Source: an uncultured Flavipsychrobacter sp. | GTDB lineage: Bacteria > Bacteroidota > Bacteroidia > Chitinophagales > Chitinophagaceae | NCBI GenBank assembly: GCA_964531655.1 | Contig: CAZHDM010000003.1 | Location: 185,712 to 249,711, forward strand | Reading direction: 5' to 3' | DNA: 64,000 nucleotides | Shown here: positions 27,938 through 36,669 of the stretch, piece by piece | Position numbering within the stretch: position 1 is the first letter of the stretch | How the letters are laid out: each line of letters opens with the position of its first letter | Notes under the pieces: generated by a model | What the model was told of the DNA's origin: nothing | What the model saw: only the letters and a program-made list of their open reading frames with translations | Databases searched by the model: none | Translations under genes and position numbers: made by a program

Positions 27938-30900
27938 TTATGCAGGGGTAGAAACTGACTTCATCATTCTTTCCAACAGTTGGTGCACATTACTCATAGA
28001 CTTAATATTGGCTACCTTCAGCAGGAAGTTCTTACCTACTTGTTTAAGGCTGGCATTATTTATATCTCGTTGGATAAAGTTCATGATCTGGTTGAACGTA
28101 TCAGACTCGAAATAAGGAGAGTCAGGATCATTAATAAAGTAAAGGCGCAGTTGCTCACTCTTAAGTATCAACTTCTCAAAACCAAGCTCTTTAGCCATCC
28201 ATCTACATCTGATAGTAGTTAACAACTCGTGCACTTGTGGTGGTATAGGTCCAAACCTATCCTTCAGTTCTTCTTCAAACATCTGCAACTCTTCCTCTTC
28301 TTCAAGGTCATCCAACTGTGTATATAATGATAGCCTTTCTGTAATACTATCTATATATGTTTCAGGTATGAGTATCTCCAGGTCTGTATCTATATTACAA
28401 TCAGCCACAAAGTCTTTCTTACGCTCCAGCTCTTCTGCAAATACATCTTTAAAGTCTGTTCTCTTAAGTTCGCGTATAGCTTCATTCAGAATCTTCTGAT
28501 ACATCTCAAAACCTATCTCTGCTATGAAGCCGCTTTGCTCACCACCTAGCAAGTTACCTGCACCACGTATGTCCAAGTCTCTCATGGCTATCTGGAAACC
28601 ACTTCCCAACTCGTTGAACTGCTCTAATGTTTCTAAGCGCTTTCTACTATCGTTTGGCAGGGTACTCTTAGGTGGTGCTACCAGATAGCAAAATGCTTTC
28701 TTATTACTTCTACCTACACGTCCTCTCAGTTGGTGAAGATCACTTAAACCAAACTGGTGTGCATTATTAATGATAATGGTATTTGCATTAGGTATATCCA
28801 CCCCACTCTCGACGATATTAGTACAGCATAGTACATCATACTTATGTCCTATAAAGTCCATAAGAGCCTCCTCAAGCTTACGACCATCTAGCTGACCATG
28901 CGCCATGCCAATTTCCAGATCAGGGCACAGGTTCTTCAGCAAGCCTGCCATCTCAGGAAGGCTTTGCACTCTATTGTGTATGAAGTAGACCTGACCACCG
29001 CGCTCTGTTTCATAATATATAGCATCGCGAATAGCATACTCGTCAAATACCAGCACCTCTGTATGCACAGGCTGCCTGTTCGGTGGCGGCGTATTGATGA
29101 TACTCAAGTCACGAGCATTCATTAGAGAGAACTGCAATGTTCTTGGTATTGGCGTAGCGGTAAGTGTTAAGGTGTCAACATTAGCTTTTAGCTCACGCAG
29201 CTTTTCTTTTGCCGCAACCCCAAACTTCTGCTCTTCATCTATTATTAAAAGACCTAGGTCTTTAAACTTCACTTTCTTACCCAGTATAGCGTGCGTACCG
29301 ATGATGATATCTATCTCACCCGCTTCCAGCTTTTTGAGTGTTTCTGTTTTCTCTTTTGCTGTTTTAAAGCGGTTTATGAAATCTATGTTGCAAGGAAAAT
29401 CTGCAAGCCTTTCTTTAAAAGTCTGATAGTGCTGAAATGCAAGTATGGTAGTAGGCACGAGTATCGCAGCCTGCTTACTATCAGCTACTGTTTTAAAGGC
29501 TGCACGTATAGCCACCTCTGTTTTACCAAAACCCACATCCCCACAAACCAACCTATCCATCGGTCCTTCTGCTTCCATGTCTCGTTTTACGTCAGCAGTA
29601 GCTTTGCTCTGGTCAGGAGTATCTTCATAAAAGAAAGATGCTTCTAATTCTGTTTGTAAATAGCTATCAGGTGCATGAGCAAAACCTTGTGATGCTTTAC
29701 GTTTTGCATATAGCTTGATGAGGTCTGTAGCTATATCTTTTACCTGCTTCTTAGTTTTATTCTTTAGTTTCTGCCAAGCCTCACTACCTAGCTTATTTAC
29801 TTTAGGCTGCGTACCTTCCTTACCTGTATACTTACTTATTTTATGCAGGGAGTTGATGTTCACATATAGGACATCATTATCACGATAGATGATACGTACA
29901 GCTTCCTGCATATTACCATTCACTTCTATCTTTTGCAAGCCGCTGTAGACACCTACTCCATGATCTATATGTGTTACATAGTCACCAGGTTGCAACTCTT
30001 TCAAAGCACGCATGGTTAGTGCTTTACCCTTCGTGTAAGCTTGCTTTACCTTATACTTATGATAGCGTTGGAATATCTGGTGATCTGTATAGCATAATAT
30101 CTTCTTTTCATGATCGATAAAGCCATTACTGATAGCCTTTGGTATAGGCACAAAGTTTATTTGTGCGTCCAGATCTTCAAATATGCTTCTTAACCTTTCT
30201 GTCTGCCTAGGGTTTTCTGCAAATATGTATGCTACGTATTGTTCACTAATACGTTTTTGAAGGTCTTTTATAAGTAGGTCAAATTGCCTGTTAAATACTG
30301 GTTGCTCGTCTGTAGCAAAAGGTATTGTATCTGCAGGATCATCGCCCGTAATTTTATGTAGCGAGTTGTTATACCATTCAATAAGGTGCCTCTGCTGCAA
30401 TCGTTCTGTCCATGCCTCTACAGTCTCAAAGTCTTCTTTTGTGAGCTTAGTCAGCCATGCTTCTTCATGGTCTACTGCTACATCATTCACTTCAATTACT
30501 TCAGGCAGATCCTCTTCATGCTTCTGTATCCTTGATAGCATGAAGTCAAAATCCTTTGCCCAGATCACCGTATTCTCAGGTAGGTACTCCAGAAGAGATA
30601 TCTTTTCCTGAGACTCAAACTCTGTTTCTATATTCGGTAAGATGGATACCTGTAATAGTTTCCTTTCTGAAAGCTGTGTTTCAGGATTGAAGATACGGAT
30701 GCTGTCTACCTCATTACCAAATAGCTCTATACGATACGGGTGCTCATTACCAAATGAGTAGATATCAAGAATGCCACCACGTATAGCAAACTGACCGGGC
30801 TCATATACAAAGTCCTCTTTTTTAAAGCCAAGACCAACGAACTGTTTTAATAGCTCATCTACATTAAGGTTTTCACTCACCTTTATGCTGATCATATTTC

Positions 30901-31327
30901 CTGACAACGTTTTGGGGTTTACCACCTTTTCAAACATTGCTTCAGGGTAAGTTACCAGAACTTTCCGTTTGGTATCCGGCTTGCTGAACTTTGTCAAAGC
31001 CTCAGTACGTAGCATCACATGGCTACTATTAAGGTCATTGAAGCTACCTGTCTTTTTAAACGAATCCGGGAAATAGCATATATCTAAAGCACCCGTCAGA
31101 TTCTCAAGATCATTATGAAAATATGCCGCCTCTTCCTTATCGTTTAGAATAAATACATGATTAGCATCACTAAGTTGCCAAACAGCTGTTGCAATAAAGT
31201 TTACTGAAGACCCTCGCAGATTGCTAAGAGCAGCTCTTAGCTTCGGTTCAGACAATGAGATGCCACCCGCAATCTGTTTTATGCGGATATCATTTTGGTA
31301 CATCTCTTGCAACACCTGCAAATTCAT
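27938..31327 (-). CDS. mfd: transcription-repair coupling factor
   Basis: 1129 aa. Contains Walker A GDVGFGKTEVA, the DEEQ box LIIDEEQKFG and helicase C motifs. Confidence 0.95.
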   Translation of the reverse strand: MNLQVLQEMYQNDIRIKQIAGGISLSEPKLRAALSNLRGSSVNFIATAVWQLSDANHVFILNDKEEAAYFHNDLENLTGALDICYFPDSFKKTGSFNDLNSSHVMLRTEALTKFSKPDTKRKVLVTYPEAMFEKVVNPKTLSGNMISIKVSENLNVDELLKQFVGLGFKKEDFVYEPGQFAIRGGILDIYSFGNEHPYRIELFGNEVDSIRIFNPETQLSERKLLQVSILPNIETEFESQEKISLLEYLPENTVIWAKDFDFMLSRIQKHEEDLPEVIEVNDVAVDHEEAWLTKLTKEDFETVEAWTERLQQRHLIEWYNNSLHKITGDDPADTIPFATDEQPVFNRQFDLLIKDLQKRISEQYVAYIFAENPRQTERLRSIFEDLDAQINFVPIPKAISNGFIDHEKKILCYTDHQIFQRYHKYKVKQAYTKGKALTMRALKELQPGDYVTHIDHGVGVYSGLQKIEVNGNMQEAVRIIYRDNDVLYVNINSLHKISKYTGKEGTQPKVNKLGSEAWQKLKNKTKKQVKDIATDLIKLYAKRKASQGFAHAPDSYLQTELEASFFYEDTPDQSKATADVKRDMEAEGPMDRLVCGDVGFGKTEVAIRAAFKTVADSKQAAILVPTTILAFQHYQTFKERLADFPCNIDFINRFKTAKEKTETLKKLEAGEIDIIIGTHAILGKKVKFKDLGLLIIDEEQKFGVAAKEKLRELKANVDTLTLTATPIPRTLQFSLMNARDLSIINTPPPNRQPVHTEVLVFDEYAIRDAIYYETERGGQVYFIHNRVQSLPEMAGLLKNLCPDLEIGMAHGQLDGRKLEEALMDFIGHKYDVLCCTNIVESGVDIPNANTIIINNAHQFGLSDLHQLRGRVGRSNKKAFCYLVAPPKSTLPNDSRKRLETLEQFNELGSGFQIAMRDLDIRGAGNLLGGEQSGFIAEIGFEMYQKILNEAIRELKRTDFKDVFAEELERKKDFVADCNIDTDLEILIPETYIDSITERLSLYTQLDDLEEEEELQMFEEELKDRFGPIPPQVHELLTTIRCRWMAKELGFEKLILKSEQLRLYFINDPDSPYFESDTFNQIMNFIQRDINNASLKQVGKNFLLKVANIKSMSNVHQLLERMMKSVSTPA

Positions 31328-31381
31328 CGGGCTGCAAAAATAAGGTAATCAGTGAGACCACCTCGCTTTTTGAAAAAGAAT

Positions 31382-32848
31382 TTATTGTTTCTTTTCAGGT
31401 TTTTTAGCGTATATCTCTACCCAGGTATATAAAAATTCTGCTTTATCTACCAGTGTATAGGCTGTATCCAGATGTGCTCTTTTGTAGTCTTCAATGTGTG
31501 GGTCTCCATGCGCACTGGCCACAGCAAAAGTATCTACATCATATTTAGACGAACTCTTTGACAATATAGAATCTACAATTGCTTCTTTATCCCCCGAAAG
31601 TAGCTCACCTTCGTAACCAAGTTTCTTCAAATAATAGTTCTGATGCCACCCGGTCATTTCATTAAGGATTGGCATACTCTTAGATTTATTTAATATATAC
31701 TCCGTCATCTCGCGGAACTGTTCTTTTTTTGGCTTTTCGTAAAACTCTTTTACATACACAATATCAAAAAACGCAAGGAAAAGGAATACCCCGAGTATAG
31801 TATATCTGATAAATTCATTTTTTATCAGATAGAAACCATAAGCTATACCTAAAAATAAGCCCGGTAGTACTACTACTGTATATCTGGAAACCATCATAGG
31901 CACTACAACTATCGATCTTACATACATGACGATGTAAGTGATTACAACACTGATGAAAATGAAGATGAAGCTTAGTAATAAAGGGCTCTTTTTGATCTCG
32001 GTGAACTTACCTTTCTGTGCAAAAACATTGACACAATATATAATCAAAGTGATGTTTATAAACGGCATCAAATAGTTTGAAGAGCCAATATATTCCAGCA
32101 AATAGTAGTAGTAAAAGTCTTGAGATGGCTTTTGTATCCAAAAGGATTCAATATTGGACATCTCTTTTAAATAAGGGAACCAAGGCACATAAACTATCAG
32201 TATTATTAACTCTACTATGAAAAACGATTTGAAGAACTTTAGCTTATTATCTTTCTCAGCTGCCCATAGAATGATGAATAATATTAGCTGACAGAATATA
32301 ATCAATAGGCTGAAATAGTGACTATATAGCAATAATACTGTGGAGAGTATATACCATATAGCATCAGCCCGTCTTAAGTACTTAGCAAATCTTAGAAAAT
32401 ATGTAAAAGAGAGAATAGTAAAGAACCATAAAAATATATACCCTCTTGCTTCTTGAGCATAGTAGATATTGAAGTAATTAAGACAAGTAATTGCAGCTGC
32501 TATTAAACCAAGACGTTCGTTTAACACTTCTTTCCCGAGCTTATACATTGCCCAAACACACCCTACACCTGCTAATGCCGGTGCTATTCTCGCTACATAT
32601 TCGTTATGTCCGAACAGGCTGAACATGATACGTTCTACAATAAAGAATATTGGAGGATGCTGGTCACAGCACATTAAACTATTAAATAACTCGCTCCAAG
32701 GAAGACTCGGGTCAGCTTCATTCATCGTATGTAGCTCATCCAGCCACAGGCTTTCGAACTGTAAATAATTAAATCTGAGAACAACAGCAACTATAAGTAT
32801 TACAGTTAGGATCAAATAGTTAACATACTTGTTTTGCACCTGTAACAT
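31382..32848 (-). CDS. GT-C-fold membrane glycosyltransferase (GT39/GT83 ArnT-like)
   Basis: 488 aa, polytopic. The first loop carries LWLDELHT (Asp-Glu motif). AT-rich, and 5 nt downstream of a GtrB-like GT2. Confidence 0.65.
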   Translation of the reverse strand: MLQVQNKYVNYLILTVILIVAVVLRFNYLQFESLWLDELHTMNEADPSLPWSELFNSLMCCDQHPPIFFIVERIMFSLFGHNEYVARIAPALAGVGCVWAMYKLGKEVLNERLGLIAAAITCLNYFNIYYAQEARGYIFLWFFTILSFTYFLRFAKYLRRADAIWYILSTVLLLYSHYFSLLIIFCQLILFIILWAAEKDNKLKFFKSFFIVELIILIVYVPWFPYLKEMSNIESFWIQKPSQDFYYYYLLEYIGSSNYLMPFINITLIIYCVNVFAQKGKFTEIKKSPLLLSFIFIFISVVITYIVMYVRSIVVVPMMVSRYTVVVLPGLFLGIAYGFYLIKNEFIRYTILGVFLFLAFFDIVYVKEFYEKPKKEQFREMTEYILNKSKSMPILNEMTGWHQNYYLKKLGYEGELLSGDKEAIVDSILSKSSSKYDVDTFAVASAHGDPHIEDYKRAHLDTAYTLVDKAEFLYTWVEIYAKKPEKKQ

Positions 32849-32853
32849 TCCTT

Positions 32854-33786
32854 CTATTTTATGATATTATATATTTCAACCTTCATTTTGTTATGACTTT
32901 GATGCATAAGATTCAGCAAGAGCAGACCTGTTACAAAAAAGCCTAAACATATAGTTGCGAGTATGACCAAACTAATAGTAAGTGTACTGAACCAACCCAG
33001 AATTGCTGTACCTGCTACAAACTTTTGGTATAACACATTAACAAACATGATCAATATCACTACAGACAATAAGACAAACATCTTTAAGAATATCATCAAC
33101 AAATCTTCTGCAAACTCTATGAAGGAACGGAATGCATGAAAAAGTAGTCCCTGTAACCCCATCTTGGACTTTCCATCTATACGCTTGCTCCTGTCATATG
33201 TTATACTGGTCTTTTTGGCTTTTTGCTTTAGTAAGTAAGCAGGGAAGTGTATAAAAGAAGTATTAGCTACACGCTCTACGATTACTTTGCTGATCATACT
33301 GTAGTTACCATAGTCCATTTTCTTATTAGTAACCAGCTTAAACAGCATTTTATACAGATAGTAAAAGAACCTGAATTTGAGACTTTCGTTACGCTTGCCT
33401 CTTTTTACCTCTACAATATCATAGTCCTTCTTTTGTACTATGTGAGGTATTGCTTCCGGATCATCCTCTCCATCTGAATCCATGACGATAACATGATCAA
33501 AACCTTGAGCTTGTGCGTATAACAACCCTTGAAAGATAACCGCCTGATGACCTGAATTATATAACAGGCCTAACACTTTAAGCGTAACATTCGATGACCT
33601 GAACGTATAATTTTTTATAATGTCTAGAGAATTATCTGTAGAGCAGTCATCTACAATAACTACTACAAATTGTTCACTTATGCTTCCTAATACTTCATCA
33701 AGCTTTTGTAAAAAATGACCAATAGATTCACTTTCGTTGAAGCAAGGAGCAATAATACCGATTGTACTGGGTGTCAGGTCTGCCAT
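32854..33786 (-). CDS. GT2 polyprenyl-phosphate glycosyltransferase (GtrB/ArnC/DPM1-like)
   Basis: IIAPCFNESESI, VVIVDDCSTDNS and DSDGEDDP, plus two C-terminal TM helices. Confidence 0.8.
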   Translation of the reverse strand: MADLTPSTIGIIAPCFNESESIGHFLQKLDEVLGSISEQFVVVIVDDCSTDNSLDIIKNYTFRSSNVTLKVLGLLYNSGHQAVIFQGLLYAQAQGFDHVIVMDSDGEDDPEAIPHIVQKKDYDIVEVKRGKRNESLKFRFFYYLYKMLFKLVTNKKMDYGNYSMISKVIVERVANTSFIHFPAYLLKQKAKKTSITYDRSKRIDGKSKMGLQGLLFHAFRSFIEFAEDLLMIFLKMFVLLSVVILIMFVNVLYQKFVAGTAILGWFSTLTISLVILATICLGFFVTGLLLLNLMHQSHNKMKVEIYNIIK

Positions 33787-33854
33787 AGTAGATTAGCCAC
33801 ACTAAATTACTCTTTCTTATATAATATTCAACTTAGTCTATTATCAGACCGTAG

Positions 33855-34418
33855 CTATCCTTTTTTGTTTTGTGTAGCTATAGCTTCTACAAACCATAGA
33901 TATTCATCAACAAATTTGCTAAGGTTCTTCTTTAATATATCATCTTGCGGAGTGCCGTCTTCATCCAAAGAGTCAGCCAAGTGTGGAACTAATACCTTAT
34001 ATGGCATTGGGAAGGCATTGATAGCAAGGATAAGCTCTTGCATTTTATGAGAAGCATTAACACCACCAAGTCTACCTCCTGACGCAGCGCAGATACCTAT
34101 TGGCTTTTTGCTCCACTCTTTCGTAAAGTAGTCTACCGCATTTTTAAATGCTCCGCTATAGCTACCATTATATTCGGGTGAAACAAATACAATACCATCA
34201 GCATTCTTTAGCGCATTACTAATAGTGACCAAGTTCTCAGGAGGGTTATCCAAATACATCAAACGCTTCTCCATGACAGGTAGGTTGTAATCTTTGATGT
34301 CAATAAAAGTAACATCAACCTTACCCGAATCTTTCAAAGCCTTTTGTACTGCTCTTGCAGCTCTTATACTCAGACGACCTTCTCTTATTGCACCGTACAG
34401 AATAGTAATTTTATACAT
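33855..34418 (-). CDS. NADPH-dependent FMN reductase family protein
   Basis: Flavodoxin-like fold with VFVSPEYNGSYSGAFKNAVDY. Confidence 0.8.
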   Translation of the reverse strand: MYKITILYGAIREGRLSIRAARAVQKALKDSGKVDVTFIDIKDYNLPVMEKRLMYLDNPPENLVTISNALKNADGIVFVSPEYNGSYSGAFKNAVDYFTKEWSKKPIGICAASGGRLGGVNASHKMQELILAINAFPMPYKVLVPHLADSLDEDGTPQDDILKKNLSKFVDEYLWFVEAIATQNKKG

Positions 34419-34471
34419 AAGGTTGTAACTTGATGGTTATTGTATAACGAAGTTATCTTTAAATAGTTGCT

Positions 34472-34729
34472 ATGAAAAAGCTCTTACCGTTTGTTTGCTC
34501 CATACTACTGCTCACCGCTTGTGACAATACCTGGGACAGTGATGCCCGCGATATGTTTCATCAGGCATGTATGAAAACAGCCCTGGAAAACAATATGACA
34601 GACGACCAGGCCACCAGCATGTGCGATTGCCGTCTTGAAAAAATCATGGAGAAGCACCCTAATTTTGCTGAAGCCATGGACAACATCGAAGAGATCATCA
34701 ATGATCCTGACCTGAAGGATTGTAAGTAA
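34472..34729 (+). CDS. small Cys-containing lipoprotein, hypothetical
   Basis: Lipobox LLLTAC. 85 aa with several Cys residues. Confidence 0.55.
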   Translation: MKKLLPFVCSILLLTACDNTWDSDARDMFHQACMKTALENNMTDDQATSMCDCRLEKIMEKHPNFAEAMDNIEEIINDPDLKDCK

Positions 34730-34732
34730 CCC

Positions 34733-35902
34733 TTACATGAACTTCTTACCTTCTGCTGCATACTTACGTAGCAGAGTACTTGCTCTGTAACGGTCTTCGT
34801 GGTACTCGTTGTATAAGCCATCTAGGATATTGAGTACCTTATCTGCTCCCCACTTATCGCACCAGGCCAGTAAGCCTTTAGGATAGTTTACCCCTTTGGT
34901 CATGGCAAGGTCCAGATCTTCTGCTGATGCTATGTTGAGGTGTAGTGCATCTACCGCCTCGTTGATGAGCATAGCTACTATACGCTCTACAATCTTGTTG
35001 CCGATTGTTGTGTTTTTATCTGCTTCGGGTTGTGCAACACCTTCGGCATAGTTATAGAACCCTCTGCCTGTTTTGCGACCCAGCCAGCCAGCTTCTACCA
35101 AACGCTTTTGAGAGAATGACGGCTTGTAGCGCGGATCGTAGAAGAAGGACTGAAACACCGTCTCAGTAACTACATAGTTGACATCATGGCCGATGTAGTC
35201 TGTAAGGGTGAATGGGCCCATGCGGAAACCACCCAATTCTTTCATAGCCCAGTCGATAGTGGCCATGTCGGCAATACCTTCTTCCATGATGCGGATGGCT
35301 TCTCCGTAGAACGGACGTGCCACACGGTTAACAATGAAGCCCGGCGTATCCTTAGCTATTACAGGTACTTTCTTCCAGCTCTTCATCAGTTCTTTACAAT
35401 CTGCCACGGCAGCCTCATCGCTTTGTACGGCAGGCACTACCTCTACCAATGCCATTAGCGGTGCGGGGTTGAAGAAGTGCAGACCCAATACGCGCTCAGG
35501 CTTATCACATGCTGCAGCTATTGAGGTAACGGATAAAGAAGATGTGTTGGTAGCGAGGATGCAATCATCACTTACCAGATTCTCCACTTCGTTAAATACT
35601 TTTTTCTTGATGTCCAGATTTTCTATGATAGCTTCTATCACCAGACCGCAGGGTTGCAATACATCCAACTGCTCGGCATAGGTAACACGTGCCAGTATAT
35701 CATCGGCACTGCTGATCTTACCTTTTTCTACCAGCCTGTTGAGTATCTTCTTCAGCTGCTGGTGCGATTTGTTCAGCGCCTCTGCATTGCTATCGTATAT
35801 CACCACGTTGTGACCCGCCTGTGCTGCCACTTGTGCTATACCACTACCCATGGCGCCTGCGCCTATTACTCCTACGGTTGTATCTGTTGAAAATCTTGCC
35901 AT
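34733..35902 (-). CDS. 3-hydroxyacyl-CoA / 3-hydroxybutyryl-CoA dehydrogenase (PaaH-like)
   Basis: Rossmann motif VGVIGAGAMGSGIAQVAA and an HFFNPAP region, with a duplicated C-terminal domain. Confidence 0.85.
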   Translation of the reverse strand: MARFSTDTTVGVIGAGAMGSGIAQVAAQAGHNVVIYDSNAEALNKSHQQLKKILNRLVEKGKISSADDILARVTYAEQLDVLQPCGLVIEAIIENLDIKKKVFNEVENLVSDDCILATNTSSLSVTSIAAACDKPERVLGLHFFNPAPLMALVEVVPAVQSDEAAVADCKELMKSWKKVPVIAKDTPGFIVNRVARPFYGEAIRIMEEGIADMATIDWAMKELGGFRMGPFTLTDYIGHDVNYVVTETVFQSFFYDPRYKPSFSQKRLVEAGWLGRKTGRGFYNYAEGVAQPEADKNTTIGNKIVERIVAMLINEAVDALHLNIASAEDLDLAMTKGVNYPKGLLAWCDKWGADKVLNILDGLYNEYHEDRYRASTLLRKYAAEGKKFM

Positions 35903-35980
35903 AATGCTGCGAAAATAACTTTTTTACTGCGCTATACATATTACCATGTATCAACTATCTGTTATCGACAGCATTCAGCG

Positions 35981-36577
35981 CTATTCTACCAGTTCATCTT
36001 TGCGAGCAAAAGCAGGATGCAACTGTGGCAAAGTGGTGTGGAACAATACATCGTGCAGGCGGGTGTGCAGAATAGATGCAGGCAATGCTTTTTCTGTAGT
36101 GGCTACTTCCTGCTCTTGGGGTGCGGGTTGCGGTGTGACTTGTGTGGTGTGTACTACATTGATATTCCTGTCACTAGTATAATGCCCTGCCAGCTTGCTA
36201 TCCAGATCTATGGCTTTGAGCATCTGGTTGACCGTGGGCTTTACCAGCTGGGTACAGGTGTTGCAATCTTTACCCTTGTAGTTCTGCTCTACATAGATAT
36301 CGCCCTCTGCAATACGGGCTAATAATTCGCGCTTGCGCTGTACCGTGAGTAGTTGTGTTTTCAGCTCTTGCTGCAACTGCTGCTCTACTTCATTGCGTAT
36401 GCGGTTGGTGACCTCTGCTATGGCTGCTGCCACTTCAGGGTGTTGCAGTAGCCTGTTGGCGGCAGACTCTACCGTACGGTAAGAGGAGCTATCGCAATCG
36501 TAAGCTTTTTTGTAGGCGATCATCTTATCGCCAATGCGCAGGTACTCGGTTACAAATTGTTGTTGACGTGTATTCAT
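35981..36577 (-). CDS. phage terminase small subunit (Terminase_2/TerS)-like DNA-binding protein, orphan
   Basis: The N-terminus QQQFVTEYLRIGDKMIAYKKAYDCDSSSYRTVESAANRLLQHPEVAAAIAEV follows the TerS HTH pattern (F-x-x-Y-L ... A-Y-x-x-A-Y ... A-x-x-L-L-x-x-P-x-V). It is followed by a coiled region RELLARIAEGD and ...KAIDLDSKLAGHY. No large terminase or portal gene is nearby. Confidence 0.6.
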   Translation of the reverse strand: MNTRQQQFVTEYLRIGDKMIAYKKAYDCDSSSYRTVESAANRLLQHPEVAAAIAEVTNRIRNEVEQQLQQELKTQLLTVQRKRELLARIAEGDIYVEQNYKGKDCNTCTQLVKPTVNQMLKAIDLDSKLAGHYTSDRNINVVHTTQVTPQPAPQEQEVATTEKALPASILHTRLHDVLFHTTLPQLHPAFARKDELVE

Positions 36578-36594
36578 GGTACAGGAAATTTTGT

Positions 36595-36628
36595 GTCTGC
36601 AGCATGGTGGGAATGGTGCTGTACAGAC
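36595..36628 (-). promoter_or_regulatory. bulged stem-loop in the leader of the TerS-like gene
   Basis: GTCTG+CAGCA pairs with TGCTG+(TA bulge)+CAGAC across a 12-nt loop. It lies between the -7 box and the ATG. Confidence 0.3.
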
Positions 36629-36644
36629 CTGTTATTTATAATAA

Positions 36645-36652
36645 CAAATATA
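36645..36652 (-). promoter_or_regulatory. candidate -7 box (TATATTTG) giving the TerS-like gene its own promoter
   Basis: The minus strand reads TATATTTG, an exact TAnnTTTG match, in the 92-nt gap after the 583-aa ORF. Confidence 0.4.
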
Positions 36653-36669
36653 CGCTATTTAATTGAAAT

